From an uncultured bacterium (lineage in GTDB: Bacteria; Abyssobacteria; SURF-5; CBDUXP01): 64,000 bases of DNA. The stretch lies in contig CBDUXP010000001.1 of NCBI GenBank assembly GCA_965371225.1, positions 146,111 to 210,110 of the forward strand, given 5' to 3'. Each line of letters begins with the position of its first letter. Within the stretch, counting starts at the first letter, position 1. The position numbers and the translations under genes were made by a program. Shown here piece after piece: positions 9,849-18,769 of this stretch. The notes below the pieces were generated by a model, which was not told where the DNA came from, did no database searches, and saw only the letters and a list, made by a program, of their open reading frames with translations.

Positions 9849-11066
9849 ATGCCCGCGACGGTACACGCGCCGCCGGCCACTGCCGTGGCCGATCCCCCGG
9901 TGGTCATGCACCTGCTCCCGACGCTGGCGACCGGCGGTGCGGAAATGATGGTGTTGCGCGTGCAAGAGCGCGTCCGGCGGCGCGGCCGGTACGCCCCCCT
10001 CATCTGCACCCTGCGCGATGGCGGCACATTGCTCGACGCGTTCCGCGCCCAGGGCTTGCCGGTGCTGGTCCTCGGCCTGCCTCGCCGCAGTCTGTTCAGC
10101 TTCCCGGCGTTCCTCTATGACGTGACCCGCCTGTGTCTGGCCATCCGGCGGGCCATGCGCGCGCACGGCGTCCGCCTCCTGCAGTCGCATCTGCCTGATG
10201 CGGATTTGCTCGCGCTCGCAGTGGGCCGCCTGACGGGCGTCCCGACCGTGCTGACGCACCAGAGCAGTCAGCTCATCCCGGTGCGGCGCCGGCCCGGCCT
10301 GCGTTTGAGTCTGCGGCGTTGGCTGGTCCGCCGGCTGTACCGGCATGCGGATGCCCTGATCGCCGTCTCGCCGACCGTCACGGAGATGCTGACGACGCAG
10401 GCGCGGGTACCCGAGGCCAACATCAGCCTGATCTTCAACGCGGTGGACGCGCCGGGGAAGGCGTCGGCTGCGGCGCGCGCCGCCGCACGGAAGGTATTCG
10501 GCGTCGCGGAAGGCGAGTACGTCATCCTGTGCACCGCGCGCCTGGTGGCAAACAAGGGGCAGGCGTATCTCGTCGACGCCTTGCCGCACCTGCCGGCGGA
10601 CGTCGGGCCCGTGCATGTGATCTTCATCGGCGAGGGTGACGACCGGGAAGCGCTCGAGACACGGGCTCGGGCGATACCCGCACCGCACCGGGTCACGTTC
10701 CTCGGGCTGCGGGCGGACGCGGTGGATCTCTTGGCCGGCGCAGACCTGTTCTGCCTGCCCAGCCTGCGCGAAGGTCAATCCCTCGCGCTTCTGGAGGCGC
10801 TGGCGCGCCAGGTACCGGTGGTGGCGACACGGGCACCTGGCATTCGGGACACCCTTGCGGACGGCCGGCACGCGCTGCTGGTCCCCCCCGAGGATGCCCC
10901 GGCCCTGGCCGACGGCATTGCCCAACTTGCACGCGACCCCGCGCAGGCCGCACGGCTAGCGGTGGCCGGCTACGCCTTCGTGGCAGAGCGGTACTCCTTG
11001 GACAGCGCGGCGGAGCGAACGGAAGCGCTGTACGCCCGCTTGCTGAACGGACGGGCTCGGCGATGA
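9849..11066 (+). CDS. Glycosyltransferase family 4 (GT-B, GT1-like)
   Basis: N-terminal PTLATGGAEMM plus a C-terminal GT1-type nucleotide-sugar motif region (…CLPSLREGQSLALLEALARQVPVVAT…). Confidence 0.75.
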   Translation: MPATVHAPPATAVADPPVVMHLLPTLATGGAEMMVLRVQERVRRRGRYAPLICTLRDGGTLLDAFRAQGLPVLVLGLPRRSLFSFPAFLYDVTRLCLAIRRAMRAHGVRLLQSHLPDADLLALAVGRLTGVPTVLTHQSSQLIPVRRRPGLRLSLRRWLVRRLYRHADALIAVSPTVTEMLTTQARVPEANISLIFNAVDAPGKASAAARAAARKVFGVAEGEYVILCTARLVANKGQAYLVDALPHLPADVGPVHVIFIGEGDDREALETRARAIPAPHRVTFLGLRADAVDLLAGADLFCLPSLREGQSLALLEALARQVPVVATRAPGIRDTLADGRHALLVPPEDAPALADGIAQLARDPAQAARLAVAGYAFVAERYSLDSAAERTEALYARLLNGRARR

Positions 11067-12241
11067 CCGCGCGGCCCACCATCGCGTTTGTCACCACGTC
11101 GTTGATCGTCGGCGGACAGGAGCGGTCTCTGGTGGACTTGGCCGTCGGCTTGAACGGCGACCGCTTCCGCACGCTCGCCATCACGACGAAGATGCCGGGT
11201 CCCTTGGCCGCCGACCTCCGGCGCGCCGGCATCCCGGTATACAGCGACCTGTTGCGCTCGCGCTACGACGTCCGCATCCTCCCGCGCCTGGTCCGCATCC
11301 TGAAACGCGAACGGGTGGATGTGGTGTACACCATCGGCAGTGGGGACAAGATGTTCTGGGGGCGGCTCGCCGCCCGACTCGCCGGGGTTCCGATCGCGAT
11401 CGCGTCCATACGCAAAACCCGGAGCGCGGATGGAACGCACAGCATCGAGTGGTTAAACCGGCTGCTCACCCCGCTTACGGATTGCATCATCGCCGTCGGC
11501 GCCGCCCAAGCGGCGTACCTGCGAGAGTGTGAGGGGATCCCGCCCAGGCTCCTGCGCGTCATCCACAACGGGGTGCCGGTGGCGCGCTTCCCGCGGGAAC
11601 CGGACGCGGCTACGGCACTGGCCGCGCGGCAGGCGCTCGGGCTGCCCGCAGACGCGCCGGTCATCGGCATCGTTGCGGCCCTGCGGCCGGAAAAGGCGCA
11701 CGAAGTGTTCCTGGAAGCCGCCCGCCACACCCGCACGCAACACCCGACGACGCACTTTCTGGTAATCGGGGACGGGCCGCGCCGGGCAGAGCTGGAAACC
11801 CTGGCGGAAGCGCAGGGGCTGGCCGACTGTGTGCACTTTCTCGGGACGCGGGCCGATGTGGCGCACGTGCTCCCCGCGCTGGACGTGATTTGCCTCAGCT
11901 CGCACCCGCTGGTGGAAACGTTCCCCGTGTCCATCCTCGAGGGCATGGCCGCGGCGCGGCCGGCGGTGGTGACGGATGTGGGCAGCCTGCGCGAGATGGT
12001 CCGGCATGACGAGACGGGGCTCGTAGTCCCTGCGGACAATCCGGCCGCCTTGGCCGAGGCCTGGGGGTGGATGATTGCGCATCCGGCCGAGCGCCGCGCG
12101 ATGGGCCGGGCGGGCCGGCAGCGGTTCCTGGAACGCTTTACACTCGCCATCACCCTGCGCACACACGAGGACCTGTTCGATGAGCTGCTGGCGCGCGGAC
12201 CGCGACTCGCGCGCGTGCCGGCCGGGGAGACGGTCTCGTGA
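11063..12241 (+). CDS. Glycosyltransferase family 4
   Basis: GT4 signature (…SSHPLVETFPVSILEGMAAARPAVVTDVGSLREMV…). ATGA overlap with upstream gene. Confidence 0.75.
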   Translation: MTARPTIAFVTTSLIVGGQERSLVDLAVGLNGDRFRTLAITTKMPGPLAADLRRAGIPVYSDLLRSRYDVRILPRLVRILKRERVDVVYTIGSGDKMFWGRLAARLAGVPIAIASIRKTRSADGTHSIEWLNRLLTPLTDCIIAVGAAQAAYLRECEGIPPRLLRVIHNGVPVARFPREPDAATALAARQALGLPADAPVIGIVAALRPEKAHEVFLEAARHTRTQHPTTHFLVIGDGPRRAELETLAEAQGLADCVHFLGTRADVAHVLPALDVICLSSHPLVETFPVSILEGMAAARPAVVTDVGSLREMVRHDETGLVVPADNPAALAEAWGWMIAHPAERRAMGRAGRQRFLERFTLAITLRTHEDLFDELLARGPRLARVPAGETVS

Positions 12242-13407
12242 TCCCCGTCGGCCACTTCATCCGGACGTGGTTGCGGCCGACGGAGACCTTCGTGTGGCAG
12301 CCGCTCGCGCACCACGTGCGGTATCGCCCCGTCGTGCTGGCGCGAGACTGGCTGCCGAGTGCGCCCGCGTGCGCCGCGGAGGTGCACATCGCGAGTCGGG
12401 CGCTGCGTGGGCCGGCGCGGACCTGGGCCGACCTGCGCTATCGCGCGCACCGGGGCCTGGTCGGCGCGGAACGCCGCTACTACACGCGCACCCTGCGGGC
12501 GGCCGGGTGTGCGCTCGTGCACGCGCAATTCGCCACGGACGCGCGGTACGTGTTGCCGGCGGTGCGCGATGCGGGCTTGCCCTTCGTGGTCAGCGTGCAC
12601 GGGTATGACTATTCGCGCTTCCCGCAGAGTTACGGCGGCCTGGGACAGCGCTACCTCCGGCCGCTCTTCGAGAGTGGGGCGCGGTTCATCGCCGTGGCCG
12701 GCGCGGTGCGGGACGCGCTGGTGGATCTCGGCTGCCCGGCGGAACGCATTACGGTGTTGAGCTTCGGGATCGACACCGAGCAATTCAGCCCGGGACCATC
12801 CTCCCCGGCGTCCGACGGCTGCACGTTCCTCATGGTGTCCGGTTTCACCCAAAAGAAGGGCGTGCCGACGGCCATTCGCGCGTTCGACCGCGTGCGCCGC
12901 GAGGTGCCTGGCGCGCGGTTGGTCCTCGCGGGCACGGGGCCGGAGCGGGCGACCGCCGAGGCGTTGGTGCGCGACCGCGGCCTGCAGGAGCACGTGACGT
13001 TTCCGGGGTTTGTACCGCAAGCGGACCTGCCGGCGCTGTACCGCCGCTGCCAGGTGTTCGTGCAACCGAGCGAAACCACCGCGGCCGGCGACAAGGAAGG
13101 CATCCCCACCGTGATGATGGAAGCGTACGGCTGCGGCCTGCCGGTTATCGCCACGACGCACGCGGGGATACCCGAACTCGTTACCGACGGGGACAATGGG
13201 TACCTGGTGCCGGAACGTAATGTCGAGGCCCTCGCGGCGCGCATGCAGCAGCTCGCCGAGCGGGCGGACCTGCGGCACGCGTTTGGCGAAGCGGGGCGGC
13301 ATCGCATCCTGGCGGACTACAACGTGCGAACGCAGACCGCCCGCCTGGAAGCCCTCTACGACCTGTGCATGGGAGAGAGTGGGGCCGCGGTCGGGGCCGC
13401 GGGATGA
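12238..13407 (+). CDS. Glycosyltransferase family 4
   Basis: GT4 signature (…QPSETTAAGDKEGIPTVMMEAYGCGLPVIATTHAGIPELV…). GTGA overlap with upstream gene. Confidence 0.7.
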   Translation: MIPVGHFIRTWLRPTETFVWQPLAHHVRYRPVVLARDWLPSAPACAAEVHIASRALRGPARTWADLRYRAHRGLVGAERRYYTRTLRAAGCALVHAQFATDARYVLPAVRDAGLPFVVSVHGYDYSRFPQSYGGLGQRYLRPLFESGARFIAVAGAVRDALVDLGCPAERITVLSFGIDTEQFSPGPSSPASDGCTFLMVSGFTQKKGVPTAIRAFDRVRREVPGARLVLAGTGPERATAEALVRDRGLQEHVTFPGFVPQADLPALYRRCQVFVQPSETTAAGDKEGIPTVMMEAYGCGLPVIATTHAGIPELVTDGDNGYLVPERNVEALAARMQQLAERADLRHAFGEAGRHRILADYNVRTQTARLEALYDLCMGESGAAVGAAG

Positions 13408-13452
13408 ACGTGCGCGACACGGGCGTCCGCGCAGACCCGGCGGGGGAAGACG

Positions 13453-14829
13453 ATGCCTGAACCCGAAGCGCCGCTCGGTGCCGCCGGGCGCATCGGCGCA
13501 AACATCCGGCGCATGCTGACGAACAGCGCCGGCGTGCTCGCGTTGCACTTCGTCGCGACGATCCTCCTCTCCCGGTGGCTGCTACCGGAAGGCAAGGGGA
13601 TCTATGCGCTCGTCATCCTGATCCCCATGACGCTCGCGCGCGTGGCGAGTTTGGGCATGCCTCAGGCGCTCACCCACTACGTGGGCAAGGATGAATCGCG
13701 CGTCCCGGCGCTGCTGGCCGGTGCGACGCTCGTGGCAGCCGTCGCGGGCGGCGCGTGCATCGTGGCGTTTGCCGTCGTGGAGCGGTCCTACCCCTTGGCG
13801 ATTTTCGCGCACGCGCCGACGCCTGCGAAGATCGCGGCCGTCGGCATCGTCCCCCTCCTGCTGTGGGTGCAGTTCGCCTCCGGGCTGCTGTTGGGCCTCG
13901 ACCGCCAAGCGGCGTACCGCGGCGTGCGCTTGACGGAAGCGGTCGCGCTGCTGGTGGGCGTGGCGGCGCTCGTCGTGGGCCGCGGCTACCTGGTGTACGG
14001 CGCGCTGGGCGCCTGGCTGGCCTCGCAGGTCGCAGCCGCAGCCGTGTGTCTCGCCACGCTCGCGCGCTACCGCTTGTTGCGGTTCCGCTGGGACGGCGCC
14101 CTCCTGCTCCGGTGCCTACGGTACGGCGGCGCCGCGTGGATCGGGGGGATGGCCAGTTACCTGCTCCTCCGCGCGGACCTCTACCTGGTCAATGCATACC
14201 TGGGATCGGAGGCGGTGGGCCATTATTCCGTCGCGGTCGCGCTGTTCACGATTCTGTTCACCCTGCCCCTCTCCGGCGCGCTCGCTGTGTTGCCACAGGT
14301 CACGCGCACGGATGCGGCGGAGGCGCGGCGCATCACGGCCCTCACTTCGCGCGTGATCACGTTGGCTTGCGTCGTGGTCGCAAGTGTCAGCCTCCTGGTG
14401 GCACCGGCGGGGGTGGTCTTGCTCTTCGGAGAAGCATTCGCACCGGCCATCGCACCGCTGCTGCTGTTGCTACCCGTGTTCCTGCTATTCGGCGCGGGCG
14501 CCATCGTGCACGCCGCGATGCAGGGTATGGGCGACCTCCGCCCCTACGCGTACGCGAACCTGGCCGGGATGGTGCTGAACATTACGCTGAATCTGTTCTG
14601 GATTCCGCGATGGGGTCTGCCGGGCGCGGCCGCGGCGTCGACCATCGCGTACCTGCTCATGGCGGCCCTCCAGGTGGCCGCGTACGCGCGCAGGTCGGGA
14701 ACACCGGTGCGGGACTTACTGATCGTGAAGCGGGACGATTGGTCACTCGTGGCCGACTTCGTGCGGTTTCGCCGGCCCCCCCAGCTCGGGACCGCCGCGC
14801 CCGCTGCCACACCCACCGCCCACCCGTGA
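13453..14829 (+). CDS. Polysaccharide biosynthesis protein / Wzx-like flippase (MOP superfamily)
   Basis: 458 aa, about 12-14 TM helices, pattern typical of Polysacc_synt/Wzx. Confidence 0.65.
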   Translation: MPEPEAPLGAAGRIGANIRRMLTNSAGVLALHFVATILLSRWLLPEGKGIYALVILIPMTLARVASLGMPQALTHYVGKDESRVPALLAGATLVAAVAGGACIVAFAVVERSYPLAIFAHAPTPAKIAAVGIVPLLLWVQFASGLLLGLDRQAAYRGVRLTEAVALLVGVAALVVGRGYLVYGALGAWLASQVAAAAVCLATLARYRLLRFRWDGALLLRCLRYGGAAWIGGMASYLLLRADLYLVNAYLGSEAVGHYSVAVALFTILFTLPLSGALAVLPQVTRTDAAEARRITALTSRVITLACVVVASVSLLVAPAGVVLLFGEAFAPAIAPLLLLLPVFLLFGAGAIVHAAMQGMGDLRPYAYANLAGMVLNITLNLFWIPRWGLPGAAAASTIAYLLMAALQVAAYARRSGTPVRDLLIVKRDDWSLVADFVRFRRPPQLGTAAPAATPTAHP

Positions 14830-16739
14830 GCGCCTTCGCCGCCATTTTCGAGTGTGCCCAGGGCCACGGCACTCTCGCCGAGGATTTGCGCCGCGTGCAT
14901 GAGGTCGGTGCGCGACGCCCGCACCAGGCGGCTGGGTCCCGCAGCGATGCCAGCGCCGGCCTGACCGCACATCTGGTCGCCACGGCGGCGGGCGAGCCCC
15001 CGGCCGCGGTGCCACAGGACGCGCGCGGGCGCATGGCGGCGTGTGCCGGTACCTTCTACAACCTGGGCGATCTCGCCCCGGCCCTCGACCTCACGGCGGC
15101 GCAGGCCGACCGGCTGTCCACCGCCGAACTGCTGCTCCGTGCGTACGAGCGCTGGGGGGATCGCTTCGTCGAGCACGTGGTCGGCGAATTTTCGTTCGCC
15201 CTGTGGGATCCGTTGGAACGGCGCCTGCTCGCCGGGCGCGATCCGCTCGGTGTGCACTCTCTCTTTTATTTTTGGGACGGGGAAACGCTGGTGGCGGCCA
15301 ATAGCATTGCGCAAGTCCTGGCGCATCCGCGCGTGGCGCGAGACCCGGATTGGGCGCAGGTCGGCGTGTTCCTGCTGGGGGAGATGGGCCAGCGGGCGAT
15401 GGGCGAGGCGACGTGCTTCGCGCAGGTGCGCCGCCTGCTCCCAGGCCACGTGCTCCGCGCGCGCGGCGGGCGGCTGGAAACCGAGCGCTACTGGCGCGTG
15501 GACCCCACGTCCACGATCCGGTTCGAGGCGGATGACGCGTACGGCGCCGCCTTTCGCGAGGTGCTGGGCACGGCCGTCGCGGACCGGATGCGCAATGTGA
15601 CGGCGCTGGGGGCGAACTTGAGCGGCGGGCTCGACTCCGCCTCCCTGGTGGTGCTAGCGGACCGGATGCGGCAGGCGCACGCCCCCCCGCTGCCGACGTT
15701 CTCGGCCGTGTTCCCTGAAGTGGAAGCGTACGACGAACGGGACGCCATCGGGAGCGTGCTGGAACGCACGAATACGACCCACCGGTACTTGTCCAATGGG
15801 GCGGACGATCTCTTCGGTTCGATCGATGCGTTTTTCGATGCTCACGACGAGCCTACCATCGGCTTTTCGGCCCTGGTCTTCTGGCTATTGAAAACCGGCC
15901 CCGCCGAAGCGGGCGCCCGTGTGGTCTTGAACGGCGTAGGCGCGGACGAGAGTCTGATGGGTTCGCTGTACTACTTCGCGGACCTGCTCCGCGCCGGCCA
16001 GTTCGGGCCGCTCCACGCGGAACTGGCTGCCTATCAGAAACACGATGCGTTCCACCTCCGCGACAGCGGAACCCGGTTGCTGTTCCGCTTCGGGCTGCGT
16101 CCGCTGGCCCCGGCGTGGCTGCGCAGGGCGCAGCGCCGCTTCGCCCCCGTGGCGCAACCGGAGTGGATGCCCGCCGACTTCGTCAACGGCAGCGGCGTGT
16201 TGGACCGGATCCGCGCGCGGCCCCCCCGCCTGTTCCGGTCCGAATTCCATCAACGGATGCACGACGGACTCTTCTCCGACTACACGCCCCATCTCCTCAG
16301 CTACGAAGAGGCGGGAGCGGCCGCGCGCGGATTCGCGTACCGCTTCCCGTTTCTCGACTCGCGGGTGGTGCAGTTCCTGTTCGCCCTCCCGCGCGATCAG
16401 TTGCTGCGGGGGGGCGTCCCCAAGGTCGTCCTGCGGTCGGCGGTGCAGGGGCTGGTGCCCGAAGCGATTCGCACCAAGATCGTCAAGTCGGGCATCCCGC
16501 TGCTGATCGATACGTGGCAAACCACTACTTATCGCGACCGGATCGAGGAGTGCCTCACGGATCGAGTGCTCGACGACTGTCCGGTCGTCGCGGCCGGTGC
16601 GCTCCCCCGCCTGTTCCGGGCCTACGTGGACGGCCGGCGGGAGTTGCGGGGCCTGGTCTGGCGTGCGTTTCACCTGACGCACTGGCTGCAGCGCCATACG
16701 GCCGCTGGCGCGCCGGCCACCGAGGCCGGAGCCCACTGA
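14826..16739 (+). CDS. Asparagine synthase (glutamine-hydrolysing)-like amidotransferase (AsnB family)
   Basis: GATase-II region (…EFSFALWDPLERRLLAGRDPLGVHSLFYF…) and synthetase PP-loop (ANLSGGLDSAS). This is the 3' part of six-frame ORF 13755..16739. Start uncertain: GTG 14826 (GTGA overlap) or ATG 15033 (MAACAGTF…). Confidence 0.7.
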   Translation: MSAFAAIFECAQGHGTLAEDLRRVHEVGARRPHQAAGSRSDASAGLTAHLVATAAGEPPAAVPQDARGRMAACAGTFYNLGDLAPALDLTAAQADRLSTAELLLRAYERWGDRFVEHVVGEFSFALWDPLERRLLAGRDPLGVHSLFYFWDGETLVAANSIAQVLAHPRVARDPDWAQVGVFLLGEMGQRAMGEATCFAQVRRLLPGHVLRARGGRLETERYWRVDPTSTIRFEADDAYGAAFREVLGTAVADRMRNVTALGANLSGGLDSASLVVLADRMRQAHAPPLPTFSAVFPEVEAYDERDAIGSVLERTNTTHRYLSNGADDLFGSIDAFFDAHDEPTIGFSALVFWLLKTGPAEAGARVVLNGVGADESLMGSLYYFADLLRAGQFGPLHAELAAYQKHDAFHLRDSGTRLLFRFGLRPLAPAWLRRAQRRFAPVAQPEWMPADFVNGSGVLDRIRARPPRLFRSEFHQRMHDGLFSDYTPHLLSYEEAGAAARGFAYRFPFLDSRVVQFLFALPRDQLLRGGVPKVVLRSAVQGLVPEAIRTKIVKSGIPLLIDTWQTTTYRDRIEECLTDRVLDDCPVVAAGALPRLFRAYVDGRRELRGLVWRAFHLTHWLQRHTAAGAPATEAGAH

Positions 16740-16743
16740 GACC

Positions 16744-18720
16744 ATGCCCAGTCCCTCCCTGCGCCTGCGCCGCCTGACGCATCCCGACGCGCTGTTCGCG
16801 CTCGAAGCGCAGTTGGACGCACTCGCGGCTCAACAGCCGCGCCCCACGCCGTTCTGCACAGTGCCGTACCTCCATGCGCTGGCCTGCGCGGCGGCGGAGG
16901 CGTTTGACTACCGGACTGTGTGGCGCGGCGATGAATTAGTGGGGTTGCTGCCGCTCGTGTGCGCGCCGCGCGTCCGCTTCGGGATTCCCGTGCCCCGGCT
17001 GGGGTTCGCCCCCGGGCGCCCCGCGCTGCCGGGCGACTGGCTGCTCGACCCAAGCCTGCACGGGGCCCTGCCGGAGCTTCTCACCGCGCTCAGAGAGTCG
17101 GACGTATGGGCCGATGCGTACTTCACCAAGCTCGCGGCGGATTCGGTGTTAGTCGCCGCGGCGCAGCAAGCCGGGCTGCCCTGCGTGGAGGTCGGCGGGG
17201 AGTACAGCACCACGCTTACTCCGCGGTGGGAAGACGTGTGCGCCCGCTTCTCGAGCAACCGGCGCCGTCAAATACGACGTCTCCTTCGTCTGGAGAAGTT
17301 CGGACCGGGCGTGGGAGCAGACATCGCCGTCCTGCCGGAACCGGCGGGTGACGCTGCCACCCTGGTCCAGGACATGCGCGCCATCCTGGACCGTAGCTGG
17401 AAGTCGGCTGCGCCCGCGTTCGCGGCGCAGTGTGAGCTGTTCCTGCGCATGACGCCGGGCATGATGGAACGCGAGCGCGTCGTATGTTTCCTGCTCCGGT
17501 TGGACGAACGTCCGGCGGCGTTTCTCCTGCTGTATCGCGCGGGCGGGCACCTGTACGCGGTCCTCAACGGCCACGATCCCCAGGCGGCGGCGGGGTCGCC
17601 GGGTGCGACGCTCATCGCCGCGGCGCTACGCTGGGGATGCGCGCACGGGTTTCGCGCGCTGCATTTCGGTAACGACACGCCGTACTTGCGCCACTGGAGC
17701 AGCGTGCGCGCACCGGTCTACGCCGTGCGGTTGTACAACGCGACGTTGCGCGGCCGGCTCCTCCGTGCCTTCAGCGGCAGGCCCGCCGGCAGCGACCTGT
17801 CACGGCAGCCGGCGCACTCGGCAAGCCTTGCGTGTCTGCCCGGGCGGCCGGCACCGTCTGGACCTGACCGCCGCATGCCCCTCACCGCGTGGGTGCGCCG
17901 GGCGTTCCTCGTCGTCTACGAGCAGGGCTATCGCCGCTTTGATTCGCTACTGGTGCCGCTGGAGAATCGGCTACTGGGGTGGTACGCGCGCCGGGCGCCG
18001 GCCGCCTTCGCGCGGCGGATCCAGACCGCCATCGACCGGGGCCTGCGATACGTGGATGCGCAGCCGCACCTGGAAATCTCGACGTTGGTAGCCCTGCTCC
18101 GCTTCGCCGGGGTGGCTCGCGAGCCACGGTTGCGAAGCCTCGAACCGAAACTCGAGGCGTACCGCCGCGCGTGGCGCGATCCCCACTTGCGCCTGTTCGA
18201 CCGGGACTACGATCCGGAGCGCGACGGGGCCGGGCGCCCGCACGAGTTCGAAACGGCATCCCCGATGGAGCTGTGCATGATCGCCTGTCTGTATGCGGAC
18301 CGCCGCGGCCTCGGAGACGCGGCCCTTCAGGAGTTGCGCGCACTGGATGATGGCGGCGGCTACGGCACGACGCACGTGCTGTTCGGGTGTGCGCTACTGC
18401 GGGAGGTCGGCGCGTGTTCGGAGGATGCCCGCGCCGCGTTGGAGGCGAGCACCGTCGAGCCGCTGTTGCGCGCGGCGCGCACCGCCCGTCTCGACGATCT
18501 CTACTGTGAGCGCCTCGCGTTCCTGCAATGGTGCGGCTACCACGACCGGATCGAACCGGCGTGGATGCTCCGCGTCGCGCTCGGCCAATTACGGGACGGC
18601 GGGTGGTACTGGCGACGGGTCGCGGTCCGCCCACGGTCGGGCCAGCACCCCACGTGCCTGGCCCTGTCCGCCCTCATCCATTTTCGGGAGCACTGCCTGC
18701 GGCGAAGCGAGAACGGGTAG
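16744..18720 (+). CDS. CelD-like GNAT acetyltransferase (third paralog) fused to a ~300-aa C-terminal domain of unknown function
   Basis: N-terminal ~340 aa are CelD-like (…DRSWKSAAPAFAAQCELF…FLLLYRAGGHLYAVLNGHDPQAAAGSPGATL…). No stop separates them from the C-terminal region (…LRALDDGGGYGTTHVLFGCALL…), which has no family I recognise. Confidence 0.55.
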   Translation: MPSPSLRLRRLTHPDALFALEAQLDALAAQQPRPTPFCTVPYLHALACAAAEAFDYRTVWRGDELVGLLPLVCAPRVRFGIPVPRLGFAPGRPALPGDWLLDPSLHGALPELLTALRESDVWADAYFTKLAADSVLVAAAQQAGLPCVEVGGEYSTTLTPRWEDVCARFSSNRRRQIRRLLRLEKFGPGVGADIAVLPEPAGDAATLVQDMRAILDRSWKSAAPAFAAQCELFLRMTPGMMERERVVCFLLRLDERPAAFLLLYRAGGHLYAVLNGHDPQAAAGSPGATLIAAALRWGCAHGFRALHFGNDTPYLRHWSSVRAPVYAVRLYNATLRGRLLRAFSGRPAGSDLSRQPAHSASLACLPGRPAPSGPDRRMPLTAWVRRAFLVVYEQGYRRFDSLLVPLENRLLGWYARRAPAAFARRIQTAIDRGLRYVDAQPHLEISTLVALLRFAGVAREPRLRSLEPKLEAYRRAWRDPHLRLFDRDYDPERDGAGRPHEFETASPMELCMIACLYADRRGLGDAALQELRALDDGGGYGTTHVLFGCALLREVGACSEDARAALEASTVEPLLRAARTARLDDLYCERLAFLQWCGYHDRIEPAWMLRVALGQLRDGGWYWRRVAVRPRSGQHPTCLALSALIHFREHCLRRSENG

Positions 18721-18769
18721 GGGCGAAGGAAGGATTCGCGGGCGCGCCCGTCGCGCGCCCCAGCAAGCG

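Noticed and set aside
13755-14825. 5' third of the 994-aa ORF 13755..16739
   Set aside because: Out-of-frame overlap with the Wzx flippase gene. The AsnB-like sequence begins only near 14826-15033.
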